NCBI GenBank assembly: GCA_963708295.1
Contig: CAVPSJ010000015.1
Span: 271,529-335,528 of the forward strand
From: an uncultured delta proteobacterium
GTDB lineage: Bacteria; Desulfobacterota; BSN033; UBA1163
Length of the DNA stretch: 64,000 nt
Direction of reading: 5' to 3'
The position numbers and the translations under genes are program-made. Under the pieces are notes generated by a model. That model had not been told where the DNA came from, did no database searches, and worked only from the letters and a program-made list of their open reading frames with translations. This document shows positions 29,877 through 38,075 of the stretch, in pieces (within the stretch, counting starts at the first letter, position 1; the number at the start of each line of letters is the position of its first letter).

Positions 29877-31142
29877 CTACACTCCCCTGAGAATGACACA
29901 GCAATTGGTTCCGCCGAATCCGAAGGCATTGGAAAGAGCAATTTCATATCCTTGTCTGCGAGCGGCATTCGGCACAACATCAATGTCGGAAAGACCGGGA
30001 TCGGGAAGATGATTCATCGTGGGCAGGATGATTCCGTTCCTCATTCCTTCGATGGTCAGTGCGGCTTCGATGGCAGCCGTCGCTCCCAGGGTATGTCCTA
30101 ATTGAGATTTATTGGAAGAAACGGGAATCTTTTCTATTCTCTTGCCGAAAACATCCCGCAGGCACTTTATCTCCGTTTGATCTCCTGTAGGCGTGGAAGT
30201 GCCGTGGGCGTTGATATATTGAATATCTTCCGGCTTTAACCCTGCATCTTCGATGGTTTCCCTGATGGCCCGTATAATGGTCGTCGCATTCGGGCTGGTG
30301 TAATGATGGGCATCCGATGTCCAGCCGACACCCAACACCTCGGCTTTGGGTTTCAAGCCATGAACGTTAAGCGATTCTTCCGCCGCGAGAACAACCACGC
30401 CTGCCCCCTCCGATAGGACGAACCCTTTGCGATCGACGCTGAAAGGACGGGAGGCCTGTCCGGGATCGTGATAAGCGCGATCGCCCGGACGAACTTTGAT
30501 CGTGGCGTTCATGTTGGCGAAGCCGTGAATCAATTCCGGTAAAAGGGGCGCGTCGGCGCCGCCAGCCAGGGCAAAATCGCAATCGCCATCCCGAATCATC
30601 CTTGCTCCGATGCCGATGGCATGATTCCCCGAGGCGCAAGCGCCCTGGGGCGAAAAAATAGGACCGGCAAATTTTAACAGCATTCCGGCTTTACCGGAGG
30701 GGAGGTTCGCGCATAGATTAGGCACCAAATAGGGGCTGACCCTCAGGGGCCCACGTTGTTCCAAATTGTGCATGGCAACGCGAAAAGCATCCGATCCGTT
30801 CAGGGCCGAACCGATCAGGCAAGCCATCCGGGGAGCAGTCTCTTCATCGATGGGAACTCCCGAGTTTTCCAGCGCCTCCTTGCAGACAGCCATCGTTAAA
30901 ATCACGAAGGCGGCATTCCAGTTATAAACTTCTTTCGCACTGGTGAAGTCAAGCTTGAGCGGATCCCAGTCCGGAATTTCTCCAACGATGTCGCAGGCCG
31001 ATTCCACGTTGCACCGCGTCACCTTCCTGAAGCCCGTTTCACCCTGGATGGCCCTTTTCCATGTTTTCTCAAAGGTGCTTCCAAGCGGGGTGGCCGCGCC
31101 GTAACCGATCACAAAAACTCTTCTGTTCTTAGGAGCTTTCAT
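29877..31142 (-). CDS. Beta-ketoacyl-ACP synthase II (FabF-like), copy 2
   Basis: GACASG, NAHGTST, SQLGHTLGA, RPFSVDRKGFVLSEG, SNAFGFGG. Confidence 0.93.
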   Translation of the reverse strand: MKAPKNRRVFVIGYGAATPLGSTFEKTWKRAIQGETGFRKVTRCNVESACDIVGEIPDWDPLKLDFTSAKEVYNWNAAFVILTMAVCKEALENSGVPIDEETAPRMACLIGSALNGSDAFRVAMHNLEQRGPLRVSPYLVPNLCANLPSGKAGMLLKFAGPIFSPQGACASGNHAIGIGARMIRDGDCDFALAGGADAPLLPELIHGFANMNATIKVRPGDRAYHDPGQASRPFSVDRKGFVLSEGAGVVVLAAEESLNVHGLKPKAEVLGVGWTSDAHHYTSPNATTIIRAIRETIEDAGLKPEDIQYINAHGTSTPTGDQTEIKCLRDVFGKRIEKIPVSSNKSQLGHTLGATAAIEAALTIEGMRNGIILPTMNHLPDPGLSDIDVVPNAARRQGYEIALSNAFGFGGTNCCVILRGV

Positions 31143-31158
31143 ACGCCGCTATCACGAT

Positions 31159-32412
31159 TTATGCAAGCCTGCGCAACACTAAACAGGAATTGCATCCGCC
31201 GAAACCAAAGGCGTTCTTCAATACGAATTCTTGGCTCAACTTTCTGGCGCCTTCGGCGACGCAGTCCATCACCATTCCCGGATCGGGGGCATAATTGATC
31301 GTCGGAAGCAACGTTTCTTCGGTCATCCCTTCCATGGCCAGAATCGTTTCAATAGCGCTCGACGCTCCCATGGCGTGTCCCAACTGGGATTTATTTGCCG
31401 ATACGGGCGGAACGTTTTTTCCGAAAATGTTCGAGAGGGCATCCGCTTCCACTTTATCGCCCACCTTCGTCGACGTGGCATGGGCGTTAATCGCGTCGAT
31501 ATCGTCGGGCCGCAATCCGGCATGGGTGAGGGTTTCTTCAATACATCTTTGGACCGTCTCCAGCCTGGGCGAAACAAAATGGCCGGCGTCGGATGTCATG
31601 GACCAGCCGGCCATTTCTATTCTGGGCGTGAGTCCATGCGCCTTGGCAAATTCTTCAGTCGCCAAAATAATGCAACCCGCGCCTTCGGAAACGACAAAAC
31701 CTCTTCGATGGATGGAAAAAGGCCTGCTCGTTTTTTCCGGTGGTTCTTCCGGCTGCCCTTCTTTCGGACGGTACGCCCCGTTCATGGTGGCGAATCCGGC
31801 GACAATCGGTTCAACGAGGGGGAAATCCACAGCGCCGCCGATCACCACATCCGCCCTGTTTCCCTGCAGCATCATCCCGCCGATGATGAGCGAGGCGACC
31901 CCGGTAGCGCACGCCGTAACGGTTGAACAGATGGGACCCGTTGCTCCGGTAAGGATGGAAACCTTACCGCCCACCATATTAATGCAGGAATTGGGGTTGG
32001 TAAAGGGGTGAGGCATCTTGCCTTCCGCAACCATCAGGCGATCCGCCTTTAGAACAGCGTCGAGACCGCCAACGGCAGTGCTGAAAGTTACCGCAACCCG
32101 TGGCGCGATATCGGGTGTTATTGAAATTCCACTTTTTTCCAGAGCACGATGCGCGACCAGAAGAGCGTATTTAAAGATCGGCGAGGTCCAATACCCCATT
32201 TCCCGCGGCCGCAAAAAAGGATAGGGCCCCACATCGACCTCGGCGACTTCTCCGGCAACGCGCACGGGAAAGTCGGCGCTAAGCGGGAATCGGGTCAACT
32301 TTCCGATTCCGCTCTCCCCGGCGACCGCGCGCTGCCATTGATGACCCAGATCCGTTCCTAAAGGAGAAACGGCATCGTAGCCCAATATCACGGCCTTCTT
32401 TGAACCCATCAC
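31159..32412 (-). CDS. Beta-ketoacyl-ACP synthase II (FabF-like), copy 1
   Basis: TACATG, NAHATST, SQLGHAMGA, RPFS...GFVVSEG, NAFGFGG. Confidence 0.93.
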   Translation of the reverse strand: MMGSKKAVILGYDAVSPLGTDLGHQWQRAVAGESGIGKLTRFPLSADFPVRVAGEVAEVDVGPYPFLRPREMGYWTSPIFKYALLVAHRALEKSGISITPDIAPRVAVTFSTAVGGLDAVLKADRLMVAEGKMPHPFTNPNSCINMVGGKVSILTGATGPICSTVTACATGVASLIIGGMMLQGNRADVVIGGAVDFPLVEPIVAGFATMNGAYRPKEGQPEEPPEKTSRPFSIHRRGFVVSEGAGCIILATEEFAKAHGLTPRIEMAGWSMTSDAGHFVSPRLETVQRCIEETLTHAGLRPDDIDAINAHATSTKVGDKVEADALSNIFGKNVPPVSANKSQLGHAMGASSAIETILAMEGMTEETLLPTINYAPDPGMVMDCVAEGARKLSQEFVLKNAFGFGGCNSCLVLRRLA

Positions 32413-32505
32413 ATCCTTCCTGAAAGATACGAAAAATTCCTTCCCGGGGAAAAGGAAACCCCGGAGGATGATCGTCCATGCGCCTCTATCAACGATGGTT
32501 GGGAC

Positions 32506-33501
32506 TTACCACGGAATAAACCGGTACAGCTTGGCGAACATCTCGTAAACTTCGATCCAGTTTTGCAAATCTTTGGTCGAATTCATATGCTCCCGCTTGT
32601 TGACCATAATCCAGCTCATGTGCGCCGCTCCATCCTTGCACGTGAGACAATCGCGCGTTGCCGACGTGCAGCATCGGTGAACGGTTTGCAAATCGGAAGC
32701 CCAGCGGATAAAATGGATCAGACGGCGGGGTTGCGGTTTTCTGTGATCCCGGGACTCCGTCACGGACGGACATTCCTCCCAGCCAAAACGGCGACCCATC
32801 ATCTTCCCGGTCGTGATCACTTCATGGTAGTATTTGCTCGAGATGACCGTTTGAGAGTATCGGTCCAGCATGCCGTCCATTTCGCAGCGTAAATCTTCTA
32901 GCTCGCCTTCGCGCCAGGAAAACCCGTCCACCCCCTCGTCATTCGACAGAAGCTGGAGATGCACTTTCAAGCCGACATCCGCAATTCGTTTGATGACCGG
33001 TTCGATCTTTCCCACCTGCCGCGGCGTGATGGTGTACAGATAGTAGGTGTAAGGGTCGCCGGCATAATTTCTACTGGAAACGGCAAAGGTATCGCGCCCG
33101 CGAAGAATCTTTTCATCCCCGGGGCCGCCCCACAGTGAAATCCCCACCATCATATCGGGAAACTGATCACGGGAAACTTTAATCTGTCCGTTGGTGGCGC
33201 AATACGTCGGCAGGCGTTTGTAAAAAGCCTCAACGCGGTCCAGGCAAAGCGTCGGCTCTCCGCCGATCAGGATCGCCAGATTCACACCGCGCTCTTTTTC
33301 TTTATCGATAAAATTTTCCCATTTCCGTATATCCATTTCCTCCGCTACTTGATGCTCCCCCGAAGAAAAGAAGAAGCACCCCTTACAGCGTAAATTACAG
33401 CGGTTCGTTACATCATAGATGGAACTGCGGATGTTAAGATTGGCAATTCGCTTGTAGCGGGCTTGCCAATCGTTATCCAGCAGGGAACTCACTGTCTTCA
33501 T
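32506..33501 (-). CDS. Radical SAM protein (paralogue B)
   Basis: CNLRCKGC, IGGEPT, ATNG, C-terminal C...CCTSATRDCLTC. Confidence 0.9.
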   Translation of the reverse strand: MKTVSSLLDNDWQARYKRIANLNIRSSIYDVTNRCNLRCKGCFFFSSGEHQVAEEMDIRKWENFIDKEKERGVNLAILIGGEPTLCLDRVEAFYKRLPTYCATNGQIKVSRDQFPDMMVGISLWGGPGDEKILRGRDTFAVSSRNYAGDPYTYYLYTITPRQVGKIEPVIKRIADVGLKVHLQLLSNDEGVDGFSWREGELEDLRCEMDGMLDRYSQTVISSKYYHEVITTGKMMGRRFGWEECPSVTESRDHRKPQPRRLIHFIRWASDLQTVHRCCTSATRDCLTCKDGAAHMSWIMVNKREHMNSTKDLQNWIEVYEMFAKLYRFIPW

Positions 33502-33546
33502 CCACTCGGCCCTTCCATGTCCGTGGTGTTCTTCCCCTGGCCATCC

Positions 33547-33590
33547 CCGTTCACCCTGAGCCTGTCGAAGGGCAAACTCAGCACGAACGG
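33547..33590. repeat. TGAGCCTGTCGAA-type dispersed palindromic repeat
   Basis: CCGTTCACCCTGAGCCTGTCGAAGGG...GAACGG. The same core recurs at about 37362 and 37414. Confidence 0.6.
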
Positions 33591-33659
33591 CTTCATCCTC
33601 AGTGCCTGTACGATGATGGACGATTAGGATCTATGATAGTATCTATGCCGGCATCCTTG

Positions 33660-34739
33660 TTAATGTGGAGCGATCTGTGTCGGCTCGATCGGCTCGGCAC
33701 AAAGGTTTTCCCCTTTTTCATAGTCCATGACCCAGACCGACAGATAAGTGTCGACATAATCAAGCCAGGATTTAAATGAGGCCAGGTTATGGGCATGGCG
33801 GTAAAGGCGCGCCGTGACGACAGCGGACCCGGCGGCGTAATGACGGCAATCGTCGCAATCCGTATCCGGCACGCAGCAGGCAACCGACCTGTCCCAGTTC
33901 AAGTCCGTTCTGTATTGCCGGAAAGATCTGCCCAGACCGATATCCTGGGAAGGATTCTGGCGGGGATAGGAACAACGGTAAAGATCGTGCAAACCTTTTT
34001 GATGGGTGTGTGCCACGGCATTGTAAACGGAAAAAAGAATATTTTGCGGATATTTATTCAAAAGCGCTATCATCTTTTGTTTTGTTCGTTGAAGAGATTC
34101 ATCATCATGGCGCAGGGGGCCGGTATAACCGACCGGAGAAGAAAACACATTAAAGGTTAATTTACAACCGTGGGTCACAAGCGCTTCGACGACCTCATGG
34201 ACTTCATCGATATTTCCCCGCGTAAAAGTGTAAACAAACACCGCCCGCGGATCATTTTTATAATTTTCGATCTGCGCTTTCAAAAGATTTTTCGCTTTTC
34301 GGATGCGCAGGCTGGTTTCGTCATTGCCCCAGACGGAGATGTGAACCTTATAACGGACCGATTCCGGGATTTTTCTAAAACCATTCGTCGCGATACTGCC
34401 CAGCGGCATCTCCTGATAGCACACCTCGAGCAACTCCGGCACCAAAGACGGCTCTGCTCCTGCCAGAACGACATAGGTAATGCCGCGAGCTTTTTCGCCT
34501 TGCATCAGCCTTCGCCATGCCTGCACGTCGCCCATTTCCCGGGCAAATTGTTTATCCCCTTCAAAATAATAACAGCCGTCACAACGGATATTACAGCGGT
34601 TACTCATGTCATACGTTGACTCCCGCAGAAAAAAATATTTCCTGACTTTTTCCCACCGCGCCTTTACCTCCGGCCGGGCCAAGAGCTCGGAAAATTTCGG
34701 TTTGGCAGGTTCCAAAAAATCTTTAGGGTTAATCGTCAT
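33660..34739 (-). CDS. Radical SAM protein (paralogue A)
   Basis: CNIRCDGC, LAGAEPS, ATNG, C-terminal C...CCVPDTDCDDC. Confidence 0.9.
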   Translation of the reverse strand: MTINPKDFLEPAKPKFSELLARPEVKARWEKVRKYFFLRESTYDMSNRCNIRCDGCYYFEGDKQFAREMGDVQAWRRLMQGEKARGITYVVLAGAEPSLVPELLEVCYQEMPLGSIATNGFRKIPESVRYKVHISVWGNDETSLRIRKAKNLLKAQIENYKNDPRAVFVYTFTRGNIDEVHEVVEALVTHGCKLTFNVFSSPVGYTGPLRHDDESLQRTKQKMIALLNKYPQNILFSVYNAVAHTHQKGLHDLYRCSYPRQNPSQDIGLGRSFRQYRTDLNWDRSVACCVPDTDCDDCRHYAAGSAVVTARLYRHAHNLASFKSWLDYVDTYLSVWVMDYEKGENLCAEPIEPTQIAPH

Positions 34740-34759
34740 AGACCGGTCATCTCTGTCGA

Positions 34760-35032
34760 CTAATTTTTCGTGGCAAGTTTTTCTTCGATATAATCGGCGA
34801 TCAGACGAATTGTTTTCAATTTTGGATAGTCGTCTTCATCAATCACAATTTTATATTCATCCTGCAGGACCAAGGCAAGGGTGGCCAAATCCATACTATC
34901 AATGCCCAGTTCATCCACCAGGTCCATATCCGGATTGAATGTATCGGCAGTCACATCTTCCAGCTTAAGTTCTCCGATGAGGACTTCGGCCACGTGACGG
35001 ACAATGCCTCTCATATCGATATTTTCAGGCAT
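34760..35032 (-). CDS. Acyl carrier protein
   Basis: Acidic 90-aa protein with ELGIDSMD phosphopantetheine motif. SD GGAGG. Confidence 0.92.
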   Translation of the reverse strand: MPENIDMRGIVRHVAEVLIGELKLEDVTADTFNPDMDLVDELGIDSMDLATLALVLQDEYKIVIDEDDYPKLKTIRLIADYIEEKLATKN

Positions 35033-35346
35033 TCGAACCCTCCTTCGACACGTTTCTTGTTCTTTCCTATCTCTTCCGCAAGGATAAAAGATACGGGTTT
35101 ACTCGCGACGCAGCCGTTCTCGGGGAGATGGCCCTCTGCACATGCCAATCCATTGCTGTGATATTTTACCCACCCCAACGAACTGTCCGGATTGACAAAC
35201 TGAAGGAGCTGTCCCCGTAAAAGCAATCAGCTTTTTGTGAGAGCGAGAATTGTCCGCTGTCCCCACCGCAGCCAAGAGCGGCGAACCGTTTGTTTCATCT
35301 GTGCTCCTTGAGGCGTTTATGGGTCAACGGCCATTTTCTTAGCAAA

Positions 35347-35375
35347 AGTGTACTAGATCAAAGACCGAGTGTCAA
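35347..35375 (-). promoter_or_regulatory. sigma70 promoter of ACP/radical SAM operon
   Basis: TTGACA-17 bp-TACACT on the minus strand. Confidence 0.7.
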
Positions 35376-35517
35376 TGGGACCGAGGACCACACGATGTCT
35401 CCATGGGGACATGATTACTTTGCTATCTCATTAGATCTCAAACCCCTTGACGGAGGTTGGCCGCCAGGGATATTCTGATAGAATATTAAATCCATAGGAA
35501 AGCGGAGAGGACGGAAG

Positions 35518-36528
35518 ATGAATGAGGGGCGGAAGATGAATATTGTCCGTGCTGCGGTGGTCCAGGATAGTCCAGTTGTTTTTAATCGGAAAGCCACCGT
35601 TGAAAAGGTCTACTCCTTAGTGAACCAAGCGGGCAGAGAAGGGGCAAGACTGGTCGTCCTTCCTGAGGCGTTCGTCTCAGCATACCCCGCAGGACTGGAC
35701 TTTGGAGCCCGGATTGGCTCCCGGACGCCAGAAGGGCGTGAGGATTTCAGGCGATATCACGAAAGTGCTGTGGATGTGCCCGGTCCGGCCTGTGAGGCCC
35801 TCGGGAAGGCTGCGCGGGATGCCCGGGTTTTTCTGGTCGTCGGCGTCATCGAGCGTGACGGCGGAACGCTTTATTGTACGGTCCTTTTCTTTTCCCCGGA
35901 TGGAGGATTCATGGGAAAACATCGAAAGTTAATGCCCACCGCCATGGAGCGCCTGGTCTGGGGATTTGGGGATGGTTCGACGCTGCCCGTATTTGATACC
36001 CCTCTCGGAAAAATTGGAAGCGTCATTTGTTGGGAAAACTACATGCCCATGCTCCGCATGCACATGTTCGCCCAAGGAATCCAGATCTACTGTGCCCCAA
36101 CGGCCGACTCCCGGGACACCTGGCTTCCTTCGATGCGCCACATCGCCCTGGAGGGACGCTGCTTCGTCCTCAGCTGCTGCCAGTACCTCACCCGGGCCGA
36201 TTGTCCGGAGGACTATGCCGCCGGCCGGGGAAACGACCCGGCCACGGTTCTGATGCGGGGGGGAAGCTGCATCATTGGCCCCCTGGGCCAGATTTTGGCT
36301 GGCCCAAATTTTGAAGGGCCGTGTATCCTGATTGCGGATCTGGATTTGGATGAGATTCCAAGAGGCAAATATGACTTCGACGTCGTCGGCCATTATTCCC
36401 GGCCGGATATTTTTCGCCTTTATGTCAACACTCGTCCTACCCCACCGGTGGTGGTATCTTCAGGAGACGAGGAGGAAACGAATCTTCCACGGAAGCCTGG
36501 CCAAGGGCCTCGCGGTGATCCAGCGTGA
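35518..36528 (+). CDS. Nitrilase (carbon-nitrogen hydrolase family; start may be 35536)
   Basis: E-K-C triad: PEAF, HRKLMPT, ICWENYMP. Also DFDVVGHYSRPD. Confidence 0.93.
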   Translation: MNEGRKMNIVRAAVVQDSPVVFNRKATVEKVYSLVNQAGREGARLVVLPEAFVSAYPAGLDFGARIGSRTPEGREDFRRYHESAVDVPGPACEALGKAARDARVFLVVGVIERDGGTLYCTVLFFSPDGGFMGKHRKLMPTAMERLVWGFGDGSTLPVFDTPLGKIGSVICWENYMPMLRMHMFAQGIQIYCAPTADSRDTWLPSMRHIALEGRCFVLSCCQYLTRADCPEDYAAGRGNDPATVLMRGGSCIIGPLGQILAGPNFEGPCILIADLDLDEIPRGKYDFDVVGHYSRPDIFRLYVNTRPTPPVVVSSGDEEETNLPRKPGQGPRGDPA

Positions 36529-36549
36529 TACTGATCCTTCGCGTCAATA

Positions 36550-36933
36550 TCAATCTACTCCTCCCAGCCTCGGGGGGCGTATCGCCTTCCTCCGCATGTT
36601 GTCCCAATAATCACTTGTATTCTGCTCTCGAATTCGATACCGATGTTTCAGGGAAACAAATTCCCAGGGATGCTCAGCATCGTCATAATAACCCACCGGT
36701 CTTGCATCCAAGCCGAGCCTCTTGGAACTTTCCTGGAGCCAGACGAATCCGCAGTGAGTACACCGGTACAGGCTTTCCCCTTCCTTTTTCTCGGCCCACA
36801 CTTCTCGGCTGAGCCAATTAGGGTTTCCCCTTATTCGATTCAATTTGGTTTTATGTCCCCCGGTGCAAGTTCGTGAAGGGCAGTGCGCTTCATATCGTTT
36901 CGACGACGTTTGTCCCCTTTCCGAAAAAGCCAT
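36550..36933 (-). CDS. Hypothetical protein with possible zinc ligands
   Basis: 127-aa ORF with CPSRTC and CTHCGFVW. Confidence 0.55.
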   Translation of the reverse strand: MAFSERGQTSSKRYEAHCPSRTCTGGHKTKLNRIRGNPNWLSREVWAEKKEGESLYRCTHCGFVWLQESSKRLGLDARPVGYYDDAEHPWEFVSLKHRYRIREQNTSDYWDNMRRKAIRPPRLGGVD

Positions 36934-37634
36934 TTTTCATCTTTCAGGTTATTCTTTGTACTTGTGTTGGAAGCACTTTTGAGATACGCTGGAATGTCTC
37001 CCGTATTTCAATTGATCTTCCTTTCCATTTCCTCTCCCTGCAAGAAAGGAATTTTCAGTTCCCCTTTGATGGATAACTCATGGATCGGTCTCGAATGAAG
37101 AGGGTTTTCGATTTATGGTTGAAACATAAGGAAGGCCTCCAGAGGATATCATCATCCCCCTGGAGACTTCATACAGGCATTTTCCTGAAACCCTTTCGCA
37201 TCCATCACTCCAACAGGCTGATGTTGCGTGCCCGGGAAGCCCCGCCTGTGGGCGGGTATCTTCACAAGACTTTACTCGTTTTGAACGGAAAGGTCAATAA
37301 GAATTATTCCTGCCGTGAGCCTTTCGATTCCCGGTCTATTCTTCGACTTCCCTCGGGAGGGTGAGCCTGTCGAACCAAAGACCGGGGCTTGCCTTCGACC
37401 CGATTGATTCGACTGAGCCTGTCGAGCGCCTCCAGGTCGAGCGACTCGCCGAAATCTCAGGCCGAGGAGTCGAGGTTCACCCTGCATCAGCTTTCTTTCC
37501 CATCTCTACGGGTGAAGGGCTGCTCAGGAGGAGTATTTTTCTTGACATACAACTCTCTTTTTCTTATATATAACTCACTCCTTGGTTTGACCATTTCACA
37601 AGATCGCCAGCTCTCACTGCCAGAAAGATCCAAC

Positions 37635-38075
37635 ATGACCATAGACCGAATCAGCGGGGTCTTTCTCTTTCTCCTCGGACTCTTTGTCGCCTGGGAGGAC
37701 CGCGTGCTTCCCCTGGGCACCCATGGTCGTCCAGGCCCTGGATATTTCCCTCTGTTGCTTTCCGCCCTCCTCGGAATCCTGGGGCTTCTGCTGTTCCTCC
37801 GGGGTCGGTCATCCGCTCCTTTGCGTTCCATCCGCTGGGAAGAAGCGGGGCATGCCGCGGCGATTCTGGCGTGTAGCTTCCTGGCCACATTCGGAATTGA
37901 AAGGCTCGGCTACCGCATCACCATGATCCTCATCCTGGGATTTCTTTTCGGCGTTGTGGAACGTCTGAAACTCTGGCAGGTCTTTGTTCTGACGATCGGT
38001 CTCTCTCTCGGCTCCTTCTGGGTTTTCGATTCCCTTCTTCGGGTCATTCTTCCGAGAGGAGGTTTTGGATTCTAA
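37635..38075 (+). CDS. tctB: Tripartite tricarboxylate transporter TctB
   Basis: PGPGYFP, ERLGY, four TM helices ending LPRG. Promoter TTGACA-17-TATATA at 37542-37570. Confidence 0.85.
   Translation: MTIDRISGVFLFLLGLFVAWEDRVLPLGTHGRPGPGYFPLLLSALLGILGLLLFLRGRSSAPLRSIRWEEAGHAAAILACSFLATFGIERLGYRITMILILGFLFGVVERLKLWQVFVLTIGLSLGSFWVFDSLLRVILPRGGFGF

Noticed and set aside
28557-35032. Calling the cluster a ladderane or aryl-polyene BGC
   Set aside because: It lacks B12-binding radical SAM, desaturase-like and methyltransferase genes, and lacks FabG, chain-length factor and glycosyl/acyltransferases. The similarity is only at the ACP/FabF level.
37389-37634. 82-aa N-terminal extension of TctB in the ORF track
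   Set aside because: It runs through repeat DNA and the predicted promoter. The true start is more likely ATG 37635.
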